A DNA stretch of 64,000 bases from Macrostomum lignano (Eukaryota), in NCBI GenBank assembly GCA_002269645.1, contig NIVC01002993.1:75451-139450 (forward strand), written 5' to 3'. Every line of letters starts with the position of its first letter. Positions within the stretch are counted from its first letter, which is position 1. The notes beneath the pieces are model-generated. The model saw nothing but the letters and a program-made list of their open reading frames with translations, searched no databases and was not told the DNA's origin. Position numbers and translations under genes: made by a program. This document shows positions 14,215-29,099 of this stretch, piece after piece.

Positions 14215-14390
14215 ACAAGCGGTCACTGGCACAAGCGGTCACTGGCACAAGCGGTCACTGGCACAAGCGGTCACTGGCACAAGCGGTCACTGGCACAAGC
14301 GGTCACTGGCACAAGTGCCCACTGACACAAGTGCCCACTGACACAAGTGCCCACTGACACAAGTGCTCACTGACACAAGGGCTCACTGGC
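14215..14390. repeat. 16-bp minisatellite
   Basis: cggtcactggcacaag units. Confidence 0.85.
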
Positions 14391-15684
14391 ATAACAGCGC
14401 AAACACAAATATATTTGCACTACAGGTGCTCAATGATGAAGGCACCGTTTTTTTTATAATTGCTCTAATTTCTATTTGTACTCGAGCACAGTAAATCAAA
14501 TTGGTATTGCATGCAGTGTTTGTAAACGTCTGATCTGATCTACTTTACATCTAGCTATTGTAGTAATCTAGTCATTAATCTGATCACACAATAACTTTAC
14601 TGCATGCGTAATGCATACAAAAAGTTATGTGTTTTATGTACTCGTGTTTTGGAACTGTACTGAAAGGCGCGAATCAAGATATTTAAATATCTTCGTATCC
14701 GATTTCCTTATAAGATTTCCCCGCAAATCTAAAAGTGCTTGGATGCGAATCATTGGTCCTGGCGGTGGCGGTCTAATTCTAAACAATTCCGCGAATCCCC
14801 TGTCTAACCTAACCTACTGATATTGACCGAAGCTGAAACTACTAAAAGTAGCGTAAAAGCAAATTTGTTAAATTCACTCTGGAAAAAGGAAAATCCGCAT
14901 AATAAACTTGTTTACGCTACATATCGGCACTGGATTTTGGTTACAAGGTAAACATAGGAAATTGCTTTGAAAGGGCTTCGGAAACTGGAATTTTGTTTAG
15001 AGCAATAGGAGGCAATCAGAAACAGCAGATTAGCTTTAAAAAATCTGTAAAAACCCTAATCGTGCAATTACGGAAATGGAAAATGACATTAACTGGCCAA
15101 ATCGGACAGTCCGATGGGCAATTGAAAAAGAAGAGCCCTCGGACACAAAAAGGTGGGCGCAATTTAGTCAGGGAATAGTCGGGAGCCACGCACCAGAGCA
15201 ATTAGCGACGCTGCAAAAAAGCGAAGCTAAAGAAGAAAATCGACTAAAAAAGAAGCTTTGCTCCCACAAAGGCCCTCGATTCTTTAGTAACTGCTTTCCT
15301 TCGCCGATGAAAGAAGACGAAGAGTACAGGAAAACAGAAACAACCTGGCATTCTCGAGCCGTGTTTTGCAACACAAGTCCCACAAAGTCAAAGAAACAGC
15401 AAGCGGTTTTGACCAGCGATTTCAAATTTTTTTTGGCTTTTTTCTCTCCAAAAATTCACATGCGAGAAGGAAAAAAGTGCACAGTAAAATGACTCAAATC
15501 TAGACGAACTTTACATGAGTAGAGTGTATTCTCGTGACCAACAAGACCGCTGATAATTGCTTGGCGACCACCCAGACACAAACTGGGACACATCTGGAGA
15601 TCTGTAGGCAATTAAGGCGCTTTTGATATTCTTCTTGACTTACTCGTAATGTGCAAACTCTAAACTCAGTGAGACTGTTTAACA

Positions 15685-18600
15685 TAAACTGTAGCGCCTA
15701 CCGACACCAACTGCAGCGCCTACCGACACCAACTGCAGCGCCTACCGACACCAATTGCAGCACCTACCGACACCAACTGTAGCGCTTACTGACAACAACT
15801 GCAGCGCCTACCGACACCAACTGCAGCGCCTACCGACACCAACTGCAGCGCCTACCGACACCAATTGCAGCACCTACCGACACCAACTGCAGCGCCTACC
15901 GACACCAACTGCAGCGCTTACTGACACCAACTGCAGCGCCTACCAACACCAACTGCAGCGCCTACCGACACCAACTGCAGCGCCTACCGACACCAACTGC
16001 AGCGCCTACCGACACCAACTGCAGCGCTTACTGACACCAACTGCAGCGCCTACCAACACCAACTGCAGCGCCTACCGACACCAACTGCAGCGCCTACCGA
16101 CACCAACTGTAGCGCCTACCGACACCAACTGTAGCGCCTACCGACACCAACTGCAGCGCCTACCGACACCAACTGCAGCGCCTACTGACACCAACTGCAG
16201 CGCCTACCGACACCAACTGCAGCGCCTACCGACACCAACTGCAGCGCCTACCGACACCAACTGTAGCGCCTACCGACACCAACTGCAGCGCCTACCGACA
16301 CCAACTGCAGCACCTACCGACACCAACTGCAGCGCCTACCGACACCAACTGCAGCGCTTACTGACACCAACTGCAGCGCCTACCAACACCAACTGCAGCG
16401 CCTACCGACACCAACTGCAGCGCCTACCGACACCAACTGCAGCGCCTACCGACACCAACTGCAGCGCCTACCGACACCAACTGCAGCGCCTACCGACACC
16501 AACTGCAGCGCCTACCGACACCAACTGCAGCGCCTACCGACACCAACTGCAGCGCCTACCGACACCAACTGCAGCGCCTACCGACACCAACTGTAGCGCC
16601 TACCGACACCAACTGCAGCGCCTACCGACACCAACTGCAGCGCCTACCGACACCAACTGCAGCGCCTACCGACACCAACTGCAGCGCCTACCGACACCAA
16701 CTGCAGCGCCTACCGACACCAACTGCAGCGCCTACCGACACCAACTGCAGCGCCTACCGACACCAACTGCAGCGCCTACCGACACCAACTGCAGCACCTA
16801 CCGACACCAACTGCAGCGCCTACCGACACCAACTGTAGCGCCTACCGACACCAACTGCAGCGCCTACCGACACCAACTGCAGCGCCTACCGACACCAACT
16901 GCAGCGCCTACTGACACCAACTGCAGCGCCTACCGACACCAACTGCAGCGCCTACCGACACCAACTGCAGCGCCTACCGACACCAACTGTAGCGCCTACC
17001 GACACCAACTGCAGCGCCTACCGACACCAACTGCAGCGCCTACCGACACCAACTGCAGCGCCTACCGACACCAACTGCAGCGCCAACCGACACCAACTGC
17101 AGCGCCTACCGACACCAATTGCAGCACCTACCGACACCAACTGCAGCGCCTACCGACACCAACTGCAGCGCTTACTGACACCAACTGCAGCGCCTACCAA
17201 CACCAACTGCAGCGCCTACCGACACCAACTGCAGCGCCTACCGACACCAACTGCAGCGCCTACCGACACCAACTGCAGCGCCTACCGACACCAACTGCAG
17301 CGCCTACTGACACCAACTGCAGCGCCTACCGACACCAACTGCAGCGCCTACCGACACCAACTGCAGCGCCTACCGACACCAACTGTAGCGCCTACCGACA
17401 CCAACTGCAGCGCCTACCGACACCAACTGCAGCACCTACCGACACCAACTGCAGCGCCTACCGACACCAACTGCAGCGCTTACTGACACCAACTGCAGCG
17501 CCTACCAACACCAACTGCAGCGCCTACCGACACCAACTGCAGCGCTTACTGACACCAACTGCAGCGCCTACCGACACCAACTGCAGCGCCTACCGACACC
17601 AACTGCAGCGCCTACCGACACCAACTGCAGCGCCTACCGACACCAACTGCAGCGCCTACCGACACCAACTGCAGCACCTACCGACACCAACTGCAGCGCC
17701 TACCGACACCAACTGCAGCGCTTACTGACACCAACTGCAGCGCCTACCAACACCAACTGCAGCGCCTACCGACACCAACTGCAGCGCCTACCGACACCAA
17801 CTGCAGCGCCTACCGACACCAACTGCAGCGCCTACCGACACCAACTGCAGCGCCTACCGACACCAACTGCAGCGCCTACCGACACCAACTGCAGCGCCTA
17901 CCGACACCAACTGCAGCGCCTACCGACACCAACTGTAGCGCCTACCGACACCAACTGCAGCGCCTACCGACACCAACTGCAGCGCCTACCGACACCAACT
18001 GCAGCGCCTACCGACACCAACTGCAGCGCCTACCGACACCAACTGCAGCGCCTACCGACACCAACTGCAGCGCCTACCGACACCAACTGCAGCGCCTACC
18101 GACACCAACTGCAGCGCCTACCGACACCAACTGCAGCGCCAACCGACACCAACTGCAGCGCCTACCGACACCAATTGCAGCACCTACCGACACCAACTGC
18201 AGCGCCTACCGACACCAACTGCAGCGCTTACTGACACCAACTGCAGCGCCTACCAACACCAACTGCAGCGCCTACCGACACCAACTGCAGCGCCTACCGA
18301 CACCAACTGCAGCGCCTACCGACACCAACTGCAGCGCCTACCGACACCAACTGCAGCGCCTACCGACACCAACTGCAGCGCCTACCGACACCAACTGCAG
18401 CGCCTACCGACACCAACTGCAGCGCCTACCGACACCAACTGTAGCGCCTACCGACACCAACTGCAGCGCCTACCGACACCAACTGCAGCGCCTACCGACA
18501 CCAACTGCAGCGCCTACTGACACCAACTGCAGCGCCTACCGACACCAACTGCAGCGCCTACCGACACCAACTGCAGCGCCTACCGACACCAACTGTAGCG

Positions 18601-19930
18601 CCTACCGACACCAACTGCAGCGCCTACCGACACCAACTGCAGCGCCTACCGACACCAACTGCAGCGCCTACCGACACCAACTGCAGCGCCAACCGACACC
18701 AACTGCAGCGCCTACCGACACCAATTGCAGCACCTACCGACACCAACTGCAGCGCCTACCGACACCAACTGCAGCGCTTACTGACACCAACTGCAGCGCC
18801 TACCGACACCAACTGCAGCGCCTACCGACACCAACTGCAGCGCCTACCGACACCAACTGCAGCGCCTACCGACACCAACTGCAGCGCCTACCGACACCAA
18901 CTGCAGCGCCTACTGACACCAACTGCAGCGCCTACCGACACCAACTGCAGCGCCTACCGACACCAACTGCAGCGCCTACCGACACCAACTGTAGCGCCTA
19001 CCGACACCAACTGCAGCGCCTACCGACACCAACTGCAGCACCTACCGACACCAACTGCAGCGCCTACCGACACCAACTGCAGCGCTTACTGACACCAACT
19101 GCAGCGCCTACCAACACCAACTGCAGCGCCTACCGACACCAACTGCAGCGCTTACTGACACCAACTGCAGCGCCTACCGACACCAACTGCAGCGCCTACC
19201 GACACCAACTGCAGCGCCTACCGACACCAACTGCAGCGCCTACCGACACCAACTGCAGCGCCTACTGACACCAACTGCAGCGCCTACCGACACCAACTGC
19301 AGCGCCTACCGACACCAACTGCAGCGCCTACCGACACCAACTGTAGCGCCTACCGACACCAACTGCAGCGCCTACCGACACCAATTGCAGCACCTACCGA
19401 CACCAACTGCAGCGCCTACCGACACCAACTGCAGCGCTTACTGACACCAACTGCAGCGCCTACCAACACCAACTGCAGCGCCTACCGACACCAACTGCAG
19501 CGCCTACCGACACCAACTGCAGCGCCTACCGACACCAACTGCAGCGCTTACTGACACCAACTGCAGCGCCTACCAACACCAACTGCAGCGCCTACCGACA
19601 CCAACTGCAGCGCCTACCGACACCAACTGCAGCGCCTACCGACACCAACTGCAGCGCTTACTGACACCAACTGCAGCGCCTACCAACACCAACTGCAGCG
19701 CCTACCGACACCAACTGCAGCGCCTACCGACACCAACTGCAGCGCCTACCGACACCAACTGCAGCGCCTACCGACACCAACTGCAGCGCCTACCGACACC
19801 AACTGCAGCGCCTACTGACACCAACTGCAGCGCCTACCGACACCAACTGCAGCGCCTACTGACACCAGCTGCAGCGCCTACCGACACCAACTGCAGCGCC
19901 TACTGACACCAACTGTAGCGCCTACTGACA
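15685..19930. repeat. 22-bp minisatellite, about 190 copies
   Basis: ctgcagcgcctaccgacaccaa units. Confidence 0.95.
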
Positions 19931-20324
19931 CAATTTTGAGCGCCTACTGACGCATACTTTTTAGCGCCTACTGACACATAATTTTCAGCGCCTACTGACA
20001 AAATTTCAGCGCCTCCTGACGCACATTTTGGCACCAAAAACATCAAGTCTGCAGGGCACTGTAAACAGTTTATTTTAGCTTCCATTGCGACTCGGCTCCT
20101 CAACTGAGCAGGCACGCAATCGGTTAGCTCCCATGGGTAATGGAATGAAGGAAAAAAATTAACAAAAAAGCCGGAGGGCCTGCTTAGAGTTATAAATAGA
20201 TTCACGATAAAAAAGCACAACAGATAGAAAAACAAGTGGAATTGAAAAGTACGCCCACGTAAATACGGCAACCAGCAGTGCGCGTCCACCCCCACCATTT
20301 GCTTTTGTTTTTTAAGGAAATAAA

Positions 20325-21348
<1,024 letters not shown>

Positions 21349-21371
21349 TTGTGTTGTGTTGTGTTGTGTAG

Positions 21372-21584
21372 TGTTGTGTTCTAGTTGATTGATTAAACTC
21401 AATTCAGTTGGAGACACTTGAGTCTCGCTCAATATATTTATACTCATGTGCACGTTGAAAACAGTGTTACGCAATCGAAACAACGATACCATGATTGAAC
21501 GCACGATGCATATAAGGTAATTGAACAATTCTAGCCTCAAAGTTAGTTAGTTACAACACCTAGGCCCGATGCACAGTCACTACA
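21372..21584 (-). repeat. 3' LTR (213 bp)
   Basis: Same sequence as 24320-24532, immediately after the PPT AAGGGGGGAGAA. Confidence 0.93.
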
Positions 21585-24318
21585 TTCTCCCCCCTTCCGG
21601 AAGAGGATAACGCGCCGGTTGCCGTCGAGCTCGAGTTGACCTTCGAAGTTCAGGTGGAGGTGGCGGCTCGCCCGTCCGTGGGGGCGGAGCCGGCGGCAGC
21701 GGCAAATCGAACCAGTCGTCCTCTTGGTCGGCCGCGCCGTTGTCAGCCGTCAGCGTTGTCTTCGAGTCGACGACTGCGTAGACGTAGCCCTCCTCGTCGG
21801 TCTCCTCGGCTGGAACGCGCTCCGTCGTGGCCCATCTGGACAGCATGTCCGCGCACTTGTTGTCAGCGCCAGGGATGTGCTCAAACCGAACGTCGTAGCC
21901 GCGAAGTCTCTCGACCCATCGATGAATGCGAAGAGGCCTGTGCCCCATGCCTTTCGAGTCGAGCAGAGTTGTCAGGGCCTTGTGGTCGGTGCGCAGCGTT
22001 ACTCGTCTGCCGTATAGATAGTAGTGCCAGCGTTCGATGCTCCATACACAGGCCAGGGCTTCTCGCTCTCCGGCTGAGTATCGCTTTTCCGCTGGGCTGA
22101 GTGCTCTCGATGCGAACGCGATTGGCACCTCTTTTTCGTTTTGTACTTGGCTGAGCACTGCCCCCAGTCCGTCTAGACTTGCATCGCAGGTGACGTACGT
22201 CTCAGCTTGGCAGTCAAAATGAGCTAACACTGGGCTGCTGGTTACGGCTGACTTGAGTGTACGGAAGGCTGTACGTTCCCGCTCACCCCAGTGCCAGTCC
22301 GCGTCCTTTTTGAGCAGTTGTCTCAGAGGCTCGGCAATTGCTGAGTAATGCGGTATGAACTTGTGCAAAAAGTTCACTGCTCCGAGAAACGATTGAATTT
22401 GCGCGACCGTTGATGGCTCAGGAATTCTTAGAATTGCGTCGACGTTGCACTTGGTCGGTTTGATGCCGTCTGCAGAGATGACCAATCCGAAGAAATCCAC
22501 GCTCGCCTGCCGGAATTTGCACTTCTCTCGATTGAGTGTGAAGCCTTCGCGATGAATCCGCCCTAGGACTTCTCGGAGGTTCTTGTCGTGCTCAGTCTCG
22601 TCCTTGCCGTGCACCAGGATGTCGTCCACGATGTTGATGGCGCCAGGAGCTCCTCGAAGCACCGTCTGCAGGGCTCGCTGGAAGGCAGCTCCGGAGCTAG
22701 ATAGCCCGAATGGCACCACGGTGAACTGGTACAGGCCGGCATCGGTGATGAAGCACGTCAGTCCTCGAGAGTCTGGATGCAGCGGAATCTGCTGGTAGCC
22801 TTGACGCAGGTCCAGCTTGCTGAAGCACTTCGAGCCGTTGATGCTGGCCGATAGGTCCTCGATTGACGGTACCGGATAGCGGTCCGCGATCACCGCCTTG
22901 TTGACCTGCCGCAGATCCACGCAGAGACGAACCTTGTTGGACTCCTTCTTGCGCGTCACGACAACGTTGCTAACCCACTCGGACGCGTCGACCTTCTCAA
23001 TGATGCCCTGTTGCTCCATCCGGCTGATCTCTGACGTCACTTCGTCCTTCAGGCCGATCGGCAGCTTCCGCATTGGCTGAGACACTGGCTTGACCGAGGC
23101 GTCGATCTTTGTCCGGTGAATGAAGCTCTTGGACCGGCCCAGACCGTCGAAGATTCCGGGGAAGTCGCGCTCGATCGTAGTCTCGCTGATGCTCATCACT
23201 CTGTTGTCACCTTGGAAGATTTTGAATCCGAGGGCCTGAAACAGGTCGCGGCCCAGGATGTTCGCTCCTTTGTCGGCGACGTAGAATGTGGCTTCTGTCC
23301 TGATGCCGTTGAACGTCACTGGAAGCTCGACCTTGCCGATGGTCTTGATCGCAGATCCGCCGTATGCCTCCAGTTTTGTGCTCGTCGGAAGCAGCGGGTG
23401 CCTAGCGAAGGACTTCTTGAACGTCTCCATGTTGAGCAACGAAACGGCGGCACCGCAGTCGATTTGCAGTCGAATCAGCTGTCCGCCCAGACGGCATTCG
23501 CAGAATAAGCTGTCTGTGCTCTTGTTGTTCACGGCCAGGACCGTCAGACTGGACTCTGCAGGCTCTTTGGTGTCGATCGCAGAGACCGCTTTCATGCGGC
23601 ACATTTTCGCGAAATGGTTCGTCTTGCCGCATCGTCTGCATTTCTGGCCCATCGCCTTGCATTCGCCCTTGTGTCCGTGGTTGCCTCCGCATCGAGTGCA
23701 CTTTGGACCTGCTGCTGCGGTCTTCTCATGGCGAGCAGCTGGCTTCGGCTTCTTGCTCAGCGCCTTCACGTGGAGCTCTGGGCCGCTGACCTGCTTGGCA
23801 TCTTTGATGGCTGCTTCGATTCGCTCAGCCTTCTTGATGGCGTCATCTAGCGTCAGATCGTCCTCCTCCATCAGGAGTCTTTCCCTAATGCGAGGTACGC
23901 AGGTTTTCTCCACAAGTTGGTCTCGAATCATTTCGTCGTGAAAGGTGTCAAATTTGCAGTTTGTTGCCAGTTCTCTCAGGGCCATCACGTAGTCTCCGAT
24001 GCTCTCGCCGTCGTGCTGGGCTCGCTGCCGAAAGGCGAAGCGCTCTGCTATGACGCTTCTCGACGAGCTGAAAATCGCCTTCAGTGCCTTTTTGGTCTCC
24101 TGAAGCGACTTGCTTGCATCGACGTTTGCAGCTCGGCGGCGTCCTTCCTCACCAAGCAGATGCAGGAGGATCGCCTTTTTCCGACTCTCTGATGCCTCTT
24201 CGAGAGCTCCAGCTACCAGGAAGTTCTCAAATGACTTGATCCACCTTGCCCATGGCACAGGAGGTTCGCCTGGTACTGGTTGAAACTCCGCTGGGTACGG
24301 GAGTCCGCTCGTCGCCAT
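21580..24318 (-). CDS. Gag-protease-RT-RNase H polyprotein (912 aa) of the LTR element; integrase HHCC/DDE absent
   Basis: Gag zinc knuckles (CTRCGGNH...C; CRRCGKTNHFAKMC), protease IDCGA, RT (LCVDLR, FSKLDLRQGYQQ, VPFGL, IVDD), RNase H (TCDAS, EREAL, TDHKAL, ADMLSR). Then only an IN C-terminal-type tail RRSTRARRQPARY. Confidence 0.93.
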   Translation of the reverse strand: MATSGLPYPAEFQPVPGEPPVPWARWIKSFENFLVAGALEEASESRKKAILLHLLGEEGRRRAANVDASKSLQETKKALKAIFSSSRSVIAERFAFRQRAQHDGESIGDYVMALRELATNCKFDTFHDEMIRDQLVEKTCVPRIRERLLMEEDDLTLDDAIKKAERIEAAIKDAKQVSGPELHVKALSKKPKPAARHEKTAAAGPKCTRCGGNHGHKGECKAMGQKCRRCGKTNHFAKMCRMKAVSAIDTKEPAESSLTVLAVNNKSTDSLFCECRLGGQLIRLQIDCGAAVSLLNMETFKKSFARHPLLPTSTKLEAYGGSAIKTIGKVELPVTFNGIRTEATFYVADKGANILGRDLFQALGFKIFQGDNRVMSISETTIERDFPGIFDGLGRSKSFIHRTKIDASVKPVSQPMRKLPIGLKDEVTSEISRMEQQGIIEKVDASEWVSNVVVTRKKESNKVRLCVDLRQVNKAVIADRYPVPSIEDLSASINGSKCFSKLDLRQGYQQIPLHPDSRGLTCFITDAGLYQFTVVPFGLSSSGAAFQRALQTVLRGAPGAINIVDDILVHGKDETEHDKNLREVLGRIHREGFTLNREKCKFRQASVDFFGLVISADGIKPTKCNVDAILRIPEPSTVAQIQSFLGAVNFLHKFIPHYSAIAEPLRQLLKKDADWHWGERERTAFRTLKSAVTSSPVLAHFDCQAETYVTCDASLDGLGAVLSQVQNEKEVPIAFASRALSPAEKRYSAGEREALACVWSIERWHYYLYGRRVTLRTDHKALTTLLDSKGMGHRPLRIHRWVERLRGYDVRFEHIPGADNKCADMLSRWATTERVPAEETDEEGYVYAVVDSKTTLTADNGAADQEDDWFDLPLPPAPPPRTGEPPPPPELRRSTRARRQPARYPLPEGGRM
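21585..21596 (-). promoter_or_regulatory. Polypurine tract
   Basis: AAGGGGGGAGAA abutting the 3' LTR. Confidence 0.85.
24308..24317 (-). promoter_or_regulatory. Primer-binding site, tRNA-Ser(GCU)-type, overlapping the gag start codon
   Basis: TGGCGACGAG lies 2 nt after the 5' LTR and is complementary to the ...CUCGUCGCCA 3' end of animal tRNA-Ser(GCU). The gag ATG is A+TG of the PBS. Confidence 0.75.
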
Positions 24319-24319
24319 T

Positions 24320-24532
24320 TGTTGTGTTCTAGTTGATTGATTAAACTCAATTCAGTTGGAGACACTTGAGTCTCGCTCAATATATTTATACTCATGTGCA
24401 CGTTGAAAACAGTGTTACGCAATCGAAACAACGATACCATGATTGAACGCACGATGCATATAAGGTAATTGAACAATTCTAGCCTCAAAGTTAGTTAGTT
24501 ACAACACCTAGGCCCGATGCACAGTCACTACA
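24320..24532 (-). repeat. 5' LTR (213 bp)
   Basis: Minus strand TGTAGTGACTG...AACACAACA, followed by AA and the PBS. Confidence 0.93.
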
Positions 24533-25680
<1,148 letters not shown>

Positions 25681-26203
25681 ATATGTAAAAAAAGTCTACG
25701 ATTTTAACATTTGCTACTGGGTTGACCTCCGATATGTATTGTAAACCAACTTCATGCATCACAGTATGAAGATCGGAAAAAGTGGCAAGATTGCGACTCG
25801 AACTACTCGTACGGTGGCATTAAGACACATTAGCACCTTTGACACACGATTTAGATAGACAAAGAAACGGAAAATGAATCTGAGCAGAGACAACAGGAAT
25901 TGAAGACAAGTCCGGAACGAAGACCCATATATTTAGAGTCAGATATGATCTCTAAAGACGAGGGTTCACAAAGCAAGGTCGCAGGCGGGGAGAGGCAATG
26001 ATAAACAATAGGCAGCTGATGAGAGAAAACGAACTATTAATTTCAGGATTCCTTATGCGTCAGTTTCCTAGACTTGGTCTAAAAGTATCACTAATGACAT
26101 AGAAAGGCATCACGCCCGCGGCAGTGTAGTGGACGACAATGAGTATCAGCTCCTACGAGAAAGCTGCAGATAAATAGATATATAAAATAATATAAAGAAA
26201 AAT

Positions 26204-26812
<609 letters not shown>

Positions 26813-26821
26813 TCAACTTAC

Positions 26822-27105
26822 ACGGCCACCTTGGCTGATTTGATTGTATTGAAGAAGAACTGGGCAATCTCGCGCTCGAACACTCGAACCCGACGCCATT
26901 CAAGCGGCACCAGCTGCTTGGGCCCGCGGTCCGAGTCACCGTTGGGGGCGGCCTCGCCGCCAGCTTGAATTTGCACATTCAAGCGCCAGAAAGTCTCCGG
27001 CTTAAATGACTGGATTCGATCGTGCCGAGTAACACAGAAGCCCAGAGTTGGAGTCTGGCAGGGTCCGTAGGAGATGCAGTTGCTGTCCAGATTGCCGTAT
27101 TTGCC
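26822..27105 (-). CDS. TOP3B: TOP3B exon 4 (absent from ORF track)
   Basis: CGCAG|GGC acceptor. [25 protein letters not shown]...[17 protein letters not shown] carries the [10 protein letters not shown] motif. GT|GTAAGT donor, phase 2. Confidence 0.95.
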
Positions 27106-27204
27106 CTGCGTATAATTGGTACGAGTAGACGAGTACTTGTTATATTAGATTGACACACGTAATATCCAATTTATGCCACAGCTTTATACAGATTCATGGG
27201 AAAA

Positions 27205-28515
27205 GAAAAGAGATGGATGGGAGAGAGAGAATGGATAGATGGGGGGAGAAATAATGGATAGATGGGAGAGAGAATGGATAGATTGGGAGAGAGAATGGAT
27301 AGATAAGGAGAGAGAATGGATAGATGGGGAGAATGGATAGATGGGGAGAGAGAATGTATAAATTGGGAGAGAGAATGGATAGATAAGGAGAGAGAATGGA
27401 TAGATAAGGAGAGAGATTGGATAGATGGGGAGAATGGATAGATGGGGAGAGAGAATGGATAGATGGGGAGTAAATGAATAGATGGAGAGAATGGATAGAT
27501 AAGGAGAGATAATGGATAGATGGGGAGAATGGATAGATGGGGAGAGAGAATGGATAGATGGGGAGAGAGAATGGATAGATGAGGAGAGAATGGATAGATG
27601 GGGATAGAGAATGGATAGATGAGGAGAGAATGGATAGATGCGGAGAATGGATAGATGAGGAGAGAATGGATAGATGGGGAGAGAGAATGGATAATGGGGA
27701 TAGAGAATGGATAGATGAGGAGAGAATGGATAGATGGGGAGAGAGAATGGATAGATGGGGAGAGAGAATGGATAGATGGGGAGAGAGAATGGATAGATGG
27801 GGAGAGAGAATGGATAGATGGGGAGAGAGAATGGATAGATGGGGAGTAAATGAATAGATGGAGAGAATGGATAGATAAGGAGAGATAATGGATAGATGGG
27901 GAGAATGGATAGATGGGGAGAGAGAATGGATAGATGGGGAGAGAGAATGGATAGATGAGGAGAGAATGGATAGATGGGGATAGAGAATGGATAGATGAGG
28001 AGAGAATGGATAGATGCGGAGAATGGATAGATGAGGAGAGAATGGATAGATGGGGAGAGAGAATGGATAATGGGGATAGAGAATGGATAGATGAGGAGAG
28101 AATGGATAGATGGGGAGAGAGAATGGATAGATGGGGAGAGAGAATGGATAATGGGGATAGAGAATGGATAGATGAGGAGAGAATGGATAGTAGGGGATAG
28201 AGAATGGATAGATGGGGAGAGAGAATGGATAGATGGGGAGAGAGAATGGATAGATGGGGAGAGAGAATGGATAGATGGGGAGAGAGAATGGATAGATGCG
28301 GAGAATGGATATATGCGGAGAAGAATGTATAGATGGGGAGAGAGAATGGATAGATGGGGAGAGAGAATGGATAGATGGGGAGAGAGAATGGATAGATGGG
28401 GAGAGAGAATGGATAGATGCGGAGAATGGATATATGCGGAGAAGAATGTATAGATGGGGAGAGAGAATGGATAGATGGGGAGAGAGAATGGATAGATGGA
28501 GAAAAAGAGAATGGA
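27205..28515. repeat. ~21-bp GA-rich minisatellite
   Basis: gagaatggatagatggggaga variants. Confidence 0.9.
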
Positions 28516-29099
28516 TGAATATTGTGAGAGAGGCTGAGCTCGATGCGAGAAACCAGTGACAGACACACAGAATACAGCCCCGAAGAGGTCGGAATGCTAG
28601 TTAAGCCTTCTTTCAGTTAGTTGAGCTAATTTCTATTTATAGGCAACTAGCCGCACATTCATGAATATACAACACACGCACGCGGCTGCATTTAACTCCG
28701 ATAGAAAACACAGTCTGCTGATAAGTTCAAATGCCCTTTGGAAAGGCTAGAACTAAAGTTAGCGAGTCATACTAATCAGATTTGATGTACTGTGAACTGT
28801 ACTGTACTGTGCAGTGCAACAGTAAAGCAGGCTTGCAGAACAGTTTCAGGACAGGCAAACCGATTTTTTTCTTCTGTGCAAGCTTAGCCTGCTAATAATT
28901 TATTGCCCCGAGGAAAATATTCCATTATTCTAAACTGCAATGACGCATTTAGCCTGTTCATATAACGTATTTTATAATATGCGCCATTGGATAAGCACCG
29001 TATTGTTCTGTCTCAATGGGTAATCGATCATGTGTCACAATTTTTTGTTTCTCTGCTTTTCCTCTGTCCTTGCTTGTGTCACGCTCTCTACTTTTTTTC

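Larger units (their letters stand above)
21372..24532 (-). mobile_element. Ty3/gypsy (Mag-like) LTR retrotransposon lacking the integrase core
   Basis: Two 213-bp LTRs, identical by eye, TG...CA. PBS and PPT correctly placed. One gag-pol ORF. Confidence 0.95.

Noticed and set aside
14993-15492. 138-aa ORF 15076..15492 and neighbours
   Set aside because: No recognisable motif, splice signals or coding bias.
15755-17728. 657-aa mucin-like repeat ORF
   Set aside because: It is a 22-bp unit (not a multiple of 3) read through by chance, begins at a non-ATG codon, is intronic, and has no unique domain.
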